Positions 37,198 to 50,694 are shown, counted from the first letter of the whole stretch. The stretch is 63,993 bases of DNA, filler included, from Collodictyon triciliatum (GCA_043381765.1; 3 parts of 3 records of this genome joined end to end with filler, not necessarily neighbours in it), one strand, 5' to 3'. Notes: a model not told the origin generated them from the letters alone. Numbers and translations: made by a program.

Positions 37198-37411
37198 TGT
37201 TTTCGTGGGTTTTTTCGTGGGTTTTTTCGTGGGTTTTTTCGTGGGTTTTTTCGTGGGTTTTTTCGTGGGTTTTTTTGTGGGGTTTTTCGTGGGTTTTTTC
37301 GTGGGTTTTTTCGTGGGTTTTTTCGTGGGTTTTTTGTGGGTTTTTTGTGGGTTTTTTGTGGGTTTTTTGTGGGTTTTTTGTGGGTTTTTTGTGGGTTTTT
37401 TGTGGGTTTTT
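37198..37411. repeat. 12-mer minisatellite (TTTTT[C/T]GTGGGT)n between divergent genes
   Basis: Read directly from the sequence; about 17 units. Confidence 0.95.
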
Positions 37412-37845
37412 GGTTCTCTAAACACATGTGAGTTTATGATGCTTGCATACTTGGGGCGTGGTGGAGTTTGTCAGAAACACCAAAGGACACAAAACAGAGG
37501 CGCAACGGCCAACGTTAAAAAAAATCTATTTAGGAAGCGGATTGGAAATAAATGTGGAATATATAATTTTATATCAATAATTATAATAAAATAATTTAAT
37601 ATCCGACGTATACGTAATTTTATTGTAATATAATATATATTATGCATGTGTAATAGTATCATTCCCTTCACACTGCAAATATTTCAATGGTTTCACTGAC
37701 AAACTCCTTTTAGGCACAGAAAAAACAAAGACCACCAAGAAACCGCGTTCCACGAGCAGAAGCGACGCACACACAACCGCATCCTTCCATTGCTTCTCGA
37801 CAGAGAGGAGATAAACCCTATGAAGCACTTTGTAGAAGCAGTGAA

Positions 37846-40529
37846 ATGAGCACCCTGACACCGAGTGAAGCGGACAACGCCCCACTTTGGCCAGGAAATC
37901 AAGCCCAGAATATACCAAAGTCCCACTCGCACGAACGAGCAGCAACGAAGCATCGGCATCAAATCACAGAGTCTGACAGCGGAGATGTTCGTGCGTTGGA
38001 GAGCAAAGACACAGACCGCCTCTTCGACATAGAGCCCGATGAGAATGATGCTTTACAAATCGAGTCCCTTCCGTGGTGGAGAAGGCCGCCGCTTTGGCGT
38101 AACCTGGTGCTTATCAATCTGATTCGCTGCACAGCCAAGGTTTGTAATCACCAGGCATCGCCTTTTGTATCTGTCTCGAGCTTTCTCTCGATAGATGACG
38201 GAGTGTTCAAATCCCTTCGATTGGTTGATACAAAAGAATCGTTACTGTGATAGCATTTCGTTCTTGATACTGTATTTGAGAATATATACTTGAATTGAAC
38301 AGAGCGTGCGGATCGAAGAGTGAAATGGTCACTTTTTTCATTCAAGAAACAAAAAGAAACAAAAAGAAACAAAAAGAAACAAAAAGAAACAAAAAGAAAC
38401 AAAAAGAAACAAAAAGAAACAAAAAGAAACAAAAAGAAACAAAANNNNNNNNNNNNNNNNNNNNNNNNNNNNNNNNNNNNNNNNNNNNTTAATTAATTAA
38501 NNNNNNNNNNNNNNNNNNNNNNNNNNNNNNNNNNNNNNNNNNNNTTTTTTTCTTTTTTTTTTTTTTTTTTTTTTTTCTTTTTTGTTTTCTTTTTTGTTTT
38601 CTTTTTTGTTTTCTTTTTTGTTTTCTTTTTTGTTTTCTTTTTTGTTTTTAATCCTTTTTTATTCGCTTTTATTCTCCTATAGTATCTACTACCCTAATTT
38701 TTTAAGCTTCTGGTTGGTGTTGTGAATTTATTTTTATGGTCGGTAAGGTGATACTATTTTCTAATTGCTCTTTTCATGTATCTAGGCCCGTCTCCATCAC
38801 GCAGAACACACTCGGTCAAGGGCGCTCCTTGCTTTTTCTGACTCGATTTATGTCTTCCAAAAGTTTCAATGCATCAAGTAGCTATCTGCATGGTGTTGTA
38901 CAACCACACAACCCTACACAACCCACCCCACGCGTATACAGCTTTGGCTTGAAGGAATCCACTTTCATGCAACCAAGTGATATGCCATTCGAGAATAATC
39001 TATTAATTATACAAAAACATCTTGTATATTTACTATTGTGCCATCTATTTACTCCTATGCCTTTTGCCAAGTAATCTAAGATGGTAATTCATATCACGCA
39101 TCTGATTGCAGAGTTTTGTCCCCTCGTGGAAAAGTGGGTTCGGCCGTCGCTGACCAAAGAAGACACTCTACTCCAAGTCGAAATCCCGAAAACTGGAACA
39201 ACATCGTTCCAAATCCTGCTCCGGTCCACATGTCACCAGACGACACTTCAACCAAAACCTCTTGGACGCTGCAAGTCAGCAAGATGTTGTCATCCGAAGT
39301 TGAGATGCAATTGGTTCCACCCCGCACTGGTCGAGGCAGAAATGTGTGCTGTGTAAGAAACTTAGTACATAAATGGAATCACATTTAATATTCAATTTTA
39401 CTGAACACTTATAATATTTTTTTTGTCAAAATTAATCATTCATGATAATACGCATCGAAAATGATGTCCTGTAAGCGTACTAAAATTTAGATACTCGAAC
39501 ACCGAATAAACCTTAATGAACCCAGGAATCTAGGTCTTAATGCATCTCGCTTCTACCCAATCACCATCTTTCGAAATCCTATCGTCAGGACAGTAAGCGA
39601 ATACCGGGAATGGAAAAAGAATTGGCCGAGGAGTCCAAACTATGCGCCGGACCTGGACTTGTTGAGAAAGGACATCTCCTTGTATGACTTTATACACCAC
39701 CCACACAACCCAGCAAATAATCGCCAGCTCTGGATGATTACTCCAGTTGCCCACGGGAAGCTCAGAAAGTCAAAAGATTACTCCGCTTTTTACACATTTT
39801 GGAAGAATTATTACAAAGATGAAAATTTTGTTTCTAGATTAAATAATGATAAGGTAAGACCTTTGCTCTTTTCTGCCGTTTATTTCATGTGTTCGCTTTA
39901 TCTTATATCTAGCCCTCTCTCTTCTGCTTCCTTTATATTTGATACTGTTTTTATGTGGCTCATGAATATTTTATGTGCTAGTGCTCCTTCGTATCATCAT
40001 GTTTTTTTTTCTAGGATTTGTTGGAGTTGACCAAAGCGTATCTCGCGAATGACTTTGCATTCTTTGGTTTGACTGAGTTTTATAACCTGAGTATCAAGCT
40101 TTTTTTGTACACTTTCAATGCTGCGGGGCATTTGAATCATGGAAGGTATCTGAACAAGTCATCTGTTAATGTTACGTCCTTCATTGGTGGGAACGCGACA
40201 ATCTTAAACGCCGTAATGGAGAAGAATAAGGTCAACATATGTATTACTTTTACTTTTCTTGTTTGTTTGTTTGTTTGTTTGTTTGTTTGTTTGTTTGTTT
40301 GTTTGTTTGTTTGTTTGTTTGTTTGTTTTATTCAGAATTGTTATTGTTGAATAACCAACCATATATTTTTATGTATCCAATTACATTCCATTACTAGTAT
40401 CACCGTTTATGAATGACAGGAAATTATTATTAGGCTGATGTTGAGCTTTATGAGTTCGCCGTGAATTTATTTAAAGAAAGAGTCAACCAAATGCAAAGTT
40501 GTCTTGGTGAGCCACCGATTGTTTTTTGA
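37846..40529 (+). CDS. Heparan-sulfate 6-O-sulfotransferase-like Golgi sulfotransferase; 5' exons uncertain and the model spans a gap
   Basis: 5'-PSB loop IPKTGTTSF, 3'-PB TIFRNPIVRTVSEY, NPANNRQLWMI, AFFGLTEF and NKADVELYEFAVNLFKER; candidate TM exon ~38683-38742. Confidence 0.78.
38345..38648. repeat. (AAGAAACAAA)n and (TTTTCTTTTTTG)n flanking an assembly gap (38445-38543)
   Basis: Read directly from the sequence; the gap contains a TTAATTAATTAA linker. Confidence 0.9.
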
Positions 40530-40832
40530 TGAGAGTCTACTATGATGGTACACTTGAGGCAATATTTTGCTTGGTGCATACAAAAGAGATATTATGAGAC
40601 AAACTTCGGTATTGAAACAGCGGAATAATTGCGATGGGATGAATTCTTCATCTTTTCAAATCATGGAGTTAGATGCAGAAAACAACATTTTAAGAAAATA
40701 AAAAAAAGCACATCAAAGTTTAAATAAAAAAAAAGCACATCAAAGCTTGAATACCAACAAGATGTCATGTGTTTTGTTTCAAAAGTCTGTTTATCTAACG
40801 AGTTGGACCACAGCGGCGTCTGGAGCTCATAT

Positions 40833-43570
40833 TCACTTCACCACAACCACAGTATGGTCATATCCACAAACCACCTGACCAACAAAAGAAAAAAAACCAA
40901 GAAAATGAACACATTATTCAGAACGATAGAAAGAATGGAAGATTCGGAGAGAAGAATGTAATGGATGCCAATTCCTTTGGCCATTTTTAAATTGAGATAA
41001 CAGCATTATATATAGAATGGTTGATGGCATTACATCCAAAACGCGGAACTTGTCGAGGCTAGTGACAGGAAGTGGGACATTGCGGTTTCCAATATTTCCG
41101 TGTCCGAGTTGGCCATCAACACCTTCGATACAGCGATAGAAATTTAAGAAAGAAAGAAAAAAGCAGCCGCAAAAATTAATTATTAAAAAAAATCGATGAT
41201 AAATCTAGAAAATATAAAAAAAGACAGTTGGAATGATTTGTAAGGCTGAATGATGTCAAAGTCGGTTGGAAAGCATATCGCAGAGTTTGCGTTTTGTACC
41301 TTTTCCAAATGTATACAAGGTGCCGTCTTCAGTGATAACAGCGGTGTGATTTGATCTGTCGGGGTAAAAATGAGAAATGAGGCATCGTGGTTACACACTT
41401 CAGATTAGCACCATGTGTTCTTATTGAAAAAGCCCCAACCCGAATCTGCATAATATTGGTAGCCAAGACAACTTTTATAATTGGTTCTAACCCGCAAGAA
41501 ACCTTGACAACTTTCTTGTTCTTGAACCCCTCTACAAGAGTTGGATGAGACTGATCTGCAGTAGTTCCATGCCCGAGTTGTCCGTGTGCCCCACGACCCC
41601 ATGTATACAACTCTCCAGTTTCTACACAAAAGTAATATATATATGCTTCAGTAAAATAACGCTTGAAAGCTTTTCTTATGAGTTCCACAACCACTGATAT
41701 GAATCAAAGCGAAAGTTAGGAAAGCGAATAATCATTTCAAAATGAACCTGAAATGGCAGCAGAATGGAACGACCCGCATGATACTTGGATAATATTTTTG
41801 CCTCGAAGTGCGAATATAGGGACAGCCTCGTATTTCATTCCAGCCTCGACCTGAGAAACAAAACAAAAAAATTAAGCTACTTTTCTTTGTTTACACACAA
41901 AAAAATTGATTCTTTCTCCTTTATTCGATTCAAAGTACGCAAAAAAAATTGATTAAAATTGAATCAACTAAACCATTCGCCTTGTTACTTTCTCTTTGTT
42001 CTTTGTTTTTTTTTTCTTTTTCATTTTTCTTAACATTTTTTGAATATTTTTTAGAGTAAAGAGTGACAGTATCAGAATATGAATTCCAAGATGCCATGGC
42101 GTTGGTGAGTGTGAATGTACTTTTCCTGTGCCAAGCTGTCCGAACTCATTATTTCCAAGCCCGAATATGTCTCCTTCCTTTGTCAATAGTATAATATGGG
42201 AATCTCCACATGATAGGATTTTCACAGCTTGCTTTCTAAATAAGTTTCCATTTTCAGGTCTCAAGTATAAAAACCGGGAAATAAGAGAAATTATGTAAAG
42301 TGGTCTGATTATTGTGATTCGATTTTATAGTATGCTATATTTGTGTGCAAAATTTAGAATATTTTTGAGGCCTTTACAAGTGGACCAATTTACTTTTTTT
42401 TCAAGTCATAAAGCTCGATTTGAACAGGGTGATTCAAGAATGATTCTTGCGTCACTCCTGGGCGACCTTTGCGAACACCTCCTGAGAAGTAAGCCTCACT
42501 TTTATCTAATAAACGTTAATTAAAAATTGAAAATTGTGATGAAATTTGATTCAAACGCGAACACCTAGAGATAAAATGATATGTATATATGCGGACCGGT
42601 TTCTGATATAATACATACCAGTGATATATGCGGTGAAATCTTTTCCGCATGACACAAATTCCACAGGGTCGGGAGTGGGAAGGGCCTTTATGCAATTAAA
42701 GTCCATTCATATTCCAGATGAGTTTAGAGGACGTGTGGAATCAAGAGTATTATCCAGAGAAAAAAATTGTAGAATTGTTTCAATAGCAGTGTTTGAAATC
42801 ATAGGTTTTCAGGACCTCGGGTAGATTTTTGTTCTTCTGGTCTCCAAATCCCAATCTTCCGTTATATCCTATATTAAGTGTTTTGAATGGTAAAAATATG
42901 TATTTGCCCACAGCAAAATTATATAGGTTTTAAATATGTATTTCTTGGGTAATATGCGAGTGACATATTTTTACAAACATGATTCAATGATAAATTTCTC
43001 AACATGCACGACTGATGAAATGCACTATAGTACGGTTTGATTGTCTTCTTGATAAATAAAAATAACGTAAATATGTAAACAAATGAAACCGTTTCCCCAG
43101 ACAAAAAGCTTTCCAAGGGAAGAAATTACTGCTGAATGAGCCACACTGACGGATGCAGAGGCAACTTGGATTGAATTTCCAAGAAAATGGTCTACAAAGC
43201 TTGGATAGCTGATGTTATTTCCAGAGCCGTGTCCAAGGTTAAAATCTTTTCCTTGTCCCCACGTGAAGAGAAGTCCTTCCTCTAAAAATAATATAGCATC
43301 GATTTAACAAAAAGAAAATGTAAGATGTTAGTCCTTTTATTGATGTTCGAAGATTAAATGTCTTACAGTTGGCCTCACGTATCAAATATTAAAATACATC
43401 GGATTACCTGTAACTACGGCTGAAACGTGTCCTCCAGCAGCGATTTTTGCTACTTTGAATGATTCAAGTCCGTGAACTTCAACAGGAGATGAGACGCTTA
43501 TTTCATTTCCAACTCCGAGTTGGCCATGGCTGTTACGCCCCCATGAGAATATGCGTATTGAATCTACCAT
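40833..43570 (-). CDS. RCC1-repeat (beta-propeller) protein
   Basis: Repeats FSWGRNSHGQLG, FTWGQGKDFNLGHG, CGDSH...GNNEFGQLG, YTWGRGAHGQLGHG and VVCGYDHTVV before the stop. Confidence 0.88.
41899..41954 (-). mobile_element. 30-nt LINE 3'-tip micro-insertion (41912-41941) with 13-bp TSD, in an RCC1-gene intron
   Basis: Shares 19 nt (CCTTTATTCGATTCAAAGT) with 50700-50718; flanked by AAAAAAATTGATT at 41899-41911 and 41942-41954. Confidence 0.75.
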
Positions 43571-44802
43571 GTAATAAGTTGGACTTTAGGCGAATTATAA
43601 ATAGTGAAAAGTATATTCGTTGTGAATACCAACGGCGAAGATATTTCCTTGATTGTTATGAGAAAGCTATGCCTAAACTATACTTTTACATACTCAGGCG
43701 AACTAGTTATGCTGCTGTGAGATATGCAAGAGTCCAATTACTTCAATTAATAAAAAAAAAATAATAATAATCAAACCTTGTTCTTTTTTGCTCATCGCTG
43801 CAATATACAGTCACAAAAGAGTGCATATATGTTTGATAGTATATATGAGTTCATATTTCGATACATGTCTAAGAATCAAATATTGGGTAGATTTGATTTA
43901 AAAAAAAAAGGAAAACATCGAGTTTTTCGAGTGATAAGGAATGATAAGAAAAAAAAATTGAGACGGCGAAGAAAAAGAACTACCAGGCATGCTTAAAGAG
44001 AAAGTGTAGGGATGAAAAACATGCCATGATGGGATATGTCATATTACATATTGTGGATGTTACTAGTGCAGCTGAGGAGAGTGCAACAGCGACGCCCCTT
44101 GTTAGTGATTTTGCTAAAGGCATCAGGATTGGTAAGTTGTTGTTGTAGGACCGTGACAAAAATAAAAGACCATGAATACCAACACTTAGACCCGATAAGT
44201 GGTATTGGAATAAGGTATCAAAGTGCAGTTGAAAGCCTCACCAAAGTTCATGTTGAAGACTTCCGCGTATCTCTTGAGAGTTTTTTTTTTATCAATGTAT
44301 CCGATCCAAGTCCAGAAAGCGGTGCCATTTTTTAAGGAAGAAAAGAGAGGAGTATTTAGAGTGGGGTTGTTGGCAAGAAGAAAAAGAGACAAAGAACTAA
44401 TAAGTATGACGATCTTTGATCGTGTAGGCAATTATCAATTCTGGCTGAGTGCTTCTGAGCCCAAACGCAGCTCCCTTTGGCGCCAGTGAACCAGCGCTCT
44501 GTACTCCCCACCAAAGCCTGGTTTCTTGTATGCTGGAGCGGATCAGAACCACGATCAGATTGTGCCCACAGATCATATTTTATTTTCCAGAAATAGACAA
44601 ATCATATGATGTTAATCATAGTCTATAATTGGAAAATATCCTCTTTTTTTTTCCCGCCCCGATAAATGAATACGCAACAGAAACAAAACGAACCGCTCGG
44701 AGCGCCACAATCACGCGTGAATATGCCATTACTTTGACAGGCGGCGATAAGGCGCACCAATCAGAGCCCTTCTCATTATGATGGCGCTCCAACCAGCACG
44801 AA

Positions 44803-46837
44803 ATGCTGTTCTCAAAGCCTGCGTGCCTGTCACGGTCTCTGCTAACCTATCATCTCAGCAAGGTTAACCCAGGAACGAGCATGTCTGGAAACGCAGCCGA
44901 ATCGCCCGCCCCAGAGCGAGCAAAGAAAGGTAGCGTCCTTGGCGGAGGCGCTTTCGGTACTGCGATGGCCGAACTAATCGCCTCAAATGACACACCAGTG
45001 ACGATCTATGCTCGCGATCCAAAGGTCTCCTTTTACTATAACTCGACGCTGTCAGACCCTTGCCTTATCATTCACCCACGTATTATCCTGGCACTATGCT
45101 CGTGTTGGGTCACAATAGTTGGTCATTTTTTAAGACAAAATGGTTTAATACAAAGGATTGACTTAATTTTTTTCCAAAGACTATCGAGAGCATCAATACG
45201 ACACACACAAATCCAACTTTCTTGGGTGAGAGCAAGCTATCCCCGCTCATTATAGCCACCGATGATATCACAGAGGTAGTTTATATTACTTTAGACTTAA
45301 ATTTGAAGGAAAAGTGTACTCACGCGACCTTTACAATGGTTTCTGCACAATAACTCGTATATGTATGTTCATAGTGCATGACTGCATCTGAAATCATCAT
45401 GCTTGCGATTCCAACACCTTACTTGCGAGATTTTATCGTCAAAAATCGTGACAAAATCCCTACAGGTTTGTTTCGAGATTAATAATGAACCTAGAGTAGA
45501 ACCTCATTAAATACAGACCTGGTTATAATTTATTCGTCCATAGTTTATCATTTAGTATATCGTCTGCACGGAAGAAAGCACAACCACTTCTTGCTATTCT
45601 TTTTCAAAAAAAAAAAAACATATTCATAATATATTATTTAGGAGTTCCTATTGTCTGCTGTTCTAAGGGTATCGAAAACAATACCTTACTTACCCCATTC
45701 GAGATACTAATTGAAGAACTACCCGGAAAGTATCACGGCTGTTTGGCTGCCTTGTCTGGTCCATCATTTGCAAAAGAGGTTATTATCCCATGGGTCATAT
45801 TCATGATCATCATACCATCTCCATTACGGAAGAAAAAAAAAGAAATTTTGTTGCCTCACATGATGTCATTACCGCTAGGTGATGGAGCATAAACCTACAA
45901 ACGTGACCATAGCCTCTCAAAATAAAGCTTTGGCCACACGAATTCAAAAACTCCTCAGCAATCGTTGGTTCCGCGTCTATACATCAACCGATATGATAGG
46001 TGCTGAGCTTTGTGGAGCCCTGAAGAATGTCATTGCGATTGCCTGCGGTGCCAGTGACGGGTTTGGATTTGGCATGGATGCTCGTGCTGCACTGATTACC
46101 CGCGGTCTTGCAGAGATTACCAGGTTACTCATAGTTGCAAGATTTCGTATAAATCATGTGTTTGAGCCTCTAGAAGATGATAATTCATTCATACCTTTCG
46201 ATTTTTTATGCCATCAGGCTGGTGATCAAGAAAGGAGGCAACCAACAGACCATGCTTGGTCTTTGCGGAGTAGGTGACCTTGTACTAACCTGTACGGGCA
46301 GCCTCTCCCGCAACTGGACAGTGGGGAATCGCATGGCCAAGGGTGAGACAATGGAAGAAATCAAAAAGACTATGAAAATGGTCGCAGAAGGTTTGTTTCT
46401 ATTAATCATGTCTCAGTAAAACAAAGAAGAGTCGATTAACTGAACCCACAAAGGAAAAAGGTTTTATTTATTTCCTTTTTATTACGATTATGATTAGTCT
46501 GTCGTCTAATTTGTTGATGCAGGTGTTAACACAGCCTACTCTGTACACCAAATGTCGAGGTAATTCTTTTTTTGTTTGCATCTGTAAACTGCAATAACTT
46601 TTGCTTGCATAACCAGGGGTTGTGATTTTAGATTCAAGTTTGAATGATTTAAAAGACCACTTCTCGTCCATTTCATCGATGCTTGCACGAGATACTTACC
46701 ATTGCAATTAAATATAAAGCTCTCTGGGAGTTGACATGCCAATCTGTGAGCAAGTGTACCGCGTCATTTTCGAAGGAATCACAATGCAAGAGGCCCTGAG
46801 CAACCTTCAGAATCGTCCCCTACGAAGCGATGATTAA
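44803..46837 (+). CDS. gpsA: NAD(P)H-dependent glycerol-3-phosphate dehydrogenase, GpsA-like
   Basis: [63 protein letters not shown] and DMPICEQVY. Alternative start Met at 44881. Confidence 0.93.
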
Positions 46838-48746
46838 GGCCTTGAGACTAAACTCATAAAGCAAATGACGACAAAATGCCCATAACAAAGTGTTCATCTT
46901 TGGCATAGCCAGATTTATTTTACTATCTCTTTCATAAGAATGGTTGTCATGTCTAGTTTGTTATGAATCGACAATTGTGCATGGTAAGTTGTACCTTGTT
47001 GAGAACTTCTCGCTTGTGAACGGGCGAGATAATGAGATATCCTTTTGTGACATGAAGTTGACGAGTTTTCACCATAGTCATGTGTTAGACACCGACACAC
47101 ATGAGCCATGGTGCTAACACAATGTTTGATAGACGCAGGAATCTTTAACCATTTTTCTCTGTGGTTTCGCACGAGTGGCCGTGTGTTCGACAGAGATGAA
47201 AGACGAATCCACCGCCTCGCCTGGATATGCTGGATATTGTAACACATCGATCTGCATAGAGTATTGACGGTGATTAGGCTTTGCGCAGGGATGACGCTGT
47301 CGCGAGTCCTTCTGAAGTAATTGCTTGGAATGCGACATGCCACGCATGATTTCGTCAAAGCGTGTTGGAAAGATTGCCGTAATAATTTGCCATATGCCTA
47401 CTGACTCTTTTCAAAGCATAATAAAGGCCTCATGTCTATCATAGTAAATTAATAATAAATACTATAATTTAATTTAATTATTAATGTATTTTAGCGTCAT
47501 TTAATTGTTTATTGCTGTTATTACATAAAATCCACAAATAGATAGTCTACTGAAAAGACCATCACCGAGCCAATTTTTTTGCGGATAAGAAACAAAAGAC
47601 ATATTTTCGGCTATTTTTATCGCGGGTTTTCAAAAGCACACGCATTCCCAGGTAGCAAGAGATTCCCAGTTGTTCTTTATGGAAGCTCTGTCAATTTTCT
47701 AAAACAAGAACCCGGCTAATTAAATCCGACGTGGCATTATCGATGCAGCTTTTCGTCACTGACACGTAAGCGCGCGTTCGGTATATATATATATGTGTGT
47801 GAGCTCTTTGGAGCGAAGCTTCTTTGGTGAATCATCTCGTTGGAAATTTTCCGCAACATTACCACTGTTATGATGTTGAGCCGAGTTTTTTCGCAATTCT
47901 CTCCGTGGCAATCATTAGTCTTTTCTTGCATTTCCCAAAGAGACAGCCAACAATGAAGAATCCGAAGGATAGCGAGAAAAATGTCCTCTGCCTCGCAAGA
48001 AGCTGAACGGATCTGAAAAAAAGCTGTCTTGTATTGAATCAAAGCTGCCCAAGCCGCTTGAGGTCAAAACAAAGAACGAGCCAATTCCTTTCCCCTCTGC
48101 ACTGGCCTTTACTGGCCTCGCGTTTGCGGTGCTGCTCCCTGGATTCTTCATTTTCTTTCCCTGCTCTTTTTTCTTTTCTCTCATTCACAACAGCCGCATT
48201 AGGCTTATTGAAAGACGAAGCAGATTAAAGTCATTATAGTTCTTCTATTCATAATATTAATCCATTAAGAAAAGGGTTCTTACGACTTTCCCTTCCTCTC
48301 GCCACCCTCTTTGACACCCATCCATGAAAGGCCTCTGGTCAACTGGACGGTGGGGCAAACCACCCTCAATATACTAAGCCCTGCACCCAAATATTCCTTA
48401 GTAAGAATCATACCATACCAATCAAAACAAAAAAAAATAAGACACCAACCGCCCCAAAAAGACCAATCATACCCTTGCCTCTTTGCTCCTCACGACTCGA
48501 GTGGAAAGACAAGCCTCCTGCTAGCCTCCTTCCAGCCAGCCGTCCTCTCTCTCTCTCTCTCCTTCCCCCAGAAGACTTTTCCTGCCCACGAATTATTTCG
48601 CCACACCACAGCACCTTCTCGCGCACCAATCCAGGAAAAAGAAAAGTTTTACTTTCCACCTAAACATAAAAGCCGGCGCCCAAACAATAAATTTCCCTCT
48701 GCCTTCCCCTCCCCACAGAGAACCGCAAAGCCCACAAGAGACAGCC

Positions 48747-50016
48747 ATGGCACAAGCAGGCCACTCAACGCCACCACAGAAGACGACCCACAATACCGGC
48801 GGCTCCAGTCGACGCAGTAGAGCACGCAACGAGTCCCCTCCGACAAGCATGGATGCACTCATAGCCACGCTCACTGGACACCCCAGACATAGTCACAGCC
48901 ACAACCAAGCCCACAACCACAACCACAGTCACCAGCCTTCTTCACCAAGTGCGCTATTGGTCGATGCAGCTGGAGACGCTGAGTCAAGACCAAGGGCAAA
49001 GCCGTCCAAGAAAAAGTCTGTGCATCTTAACACGCTGCTCAACAACGAGCTGTACAAGACCGAGATGTGCCGCTCCTTCGAAGAGACTGGGTCGTGTCGC
49101 TATGGCTCTCGCTGCCAGTTTGCCCACGGCCTGGATGACCTGCGAATAGTCGAGCGACATCCCCGCTACAAGACCGAGATTTGTAAGTTGATTGTTGTTT
49201 TTAGATTCAGCTTTACTTCTATCCTCGTGTCAAACACATTTACGTGGCTTTGCGACAGGTAAGACCTGGCAAATGTCCATGGGAAGGTGCAACTAACGCA
49301 CTCGAACTAAACACACATAAAAAAAAAAAACAGGTAAGACCTTTATCGAGAAGGGGTTCTGCGCCTACGGCAAACGCTGCCGCTTCCTGCACTCACTGAA
49401 CCCCAACGCCGCCGCGATGGCGACAGGCAGTGAGACCGACGCAGCCAGCGAATGCGACTATGATACCCACGAACCGGAGCCATACAGCCACTACGACATC
49501 GACTTCCCACCGTGTGCCCGCAGGAACCTGTTCCCCACAGAGGTTCCAGAGGCAGCCTCGGGCCCGCTGCAAAGCCATCTCCACATGCCAAACATGTCCT
49601 TCTCGTACGCACCAGACTCGCCCAGCCATACAAGGCATGCAGAAGACGAAGTTGGCGGGTACCAGCACCAGGAGCCCCTGTTTGACATTGACTTTGAGGC
49701 GCTTGCCTGGACAGAGCCCGAGTCGCGTTCACCTCAGAACTTGGGAGACATGCCGCAGCTGAGGCGCACGCAAGGAGTCGCCGACGCCGATGCCAATGCC
49801 GATGCCGATTCCACAGTCTCGCACGATGCTGACCACTGCTACGGCTCCGAACACTCGTTCGGTCACGACTCTGAGAGCGATGCCCGCTCAATCGACTCGC
49901 CAATGCAGCCCTTCGGCCTCCTGCACGGCTACTGGGGATTCCCACGCATCCTCTCACAACACCACCATCATCATCATCATCGCCGCCTCCCTGTCTTCGA
50001 GCAGATTGCCAACTAG
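48747..50016 (+). CDS. Tristetraprolin/ZFP36-family tandem CCCH zinc-finger mRNA-decay protein; 2 exons
   Basis: YKTEMC-x8-C-x5-C-x3-H and [26 protein letters not shown] (intron 49183-49333); C-terminal [10 protein letters not shown] resembles the CNOT1-binding motif of TTP. Confidence 0.92.
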
Positions 50017-50694
50017 AGCCCTGCATCACGTTCCTGGCCGCCACACCACCGCGCTTTTATTTATGTAACACAGACACCCTTCCGCTTTCCCGGCCGAAGC
50101 ACCGCCTGTGTGTTGCCCCCATCTCCAAGTCAACCCGTGGGCCTCTGGAACTTATCTCTGCGCTCCTCCCTGCTCCAAATCCCTCTCCCACTTCTAATCG
50201 GTTCTTGTGCGTCGCTCTGAGCTATTTCCGTCGTAGCCACGGAGTCGTCGTTGACCAGAACACATTATGCTGCTTGCCTTCTTCTCATCTCACTTATTCA
50301 ATGTACATACTGCTCGCCTGAATCCCGCACGCGCTTGGAGCGCTACAACCCTAAAATGAACCCAAAAAACATAATTTCAGGACTGTGCATCTTTTCGAGT
50401 GCACCAGGCTCCCTACCTCCCGTTAAAAAAAGCTCTTCAGATTTATCGCCAACCGCATCTGAACTGTGGAGAGCGGAGCGCCCTCTGCTGTTCTCGCCAG
50501 GTGTGGATCGCCCCCAAAGAGCCGTGCGCCGCTTTCCTGCGCCGTATGACGTAAGTCCAGTTGCCAAAGTGGGCAGTCTAGCACGTTTCTATTTCTATAT
50601 GTGGATACTATATATATAAAACTGTAATGTCCCTGAAATGCGATGTTCTTCTATTTTATGATATAATACGATAATCATATATGTTAAATGATTA

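Noticed and set aside
37198-37411. CRISPR-like array
   Set aside because: There are no unique spacers and no cas genes, and the context is eukaryotic.
40696-40746. Direct repeat AAATAAAAAAAAGCACATCAAAG as another TSD insertion
   Set aside because: There is no LINE-tip motif between the copies, so it cannot be distinguished from a slippage duplication.
44036-44489. Overlapping short ORFs between the RCC1 and G3PDH genes
   Set aside because: No homology is recognisable; probably promoter or UTR sequence.
46915-47400. 147-aa minus-strand ORF downstream of the G3PDH gene
   Set aside because: It has no recognisable motif or supported exon structure.
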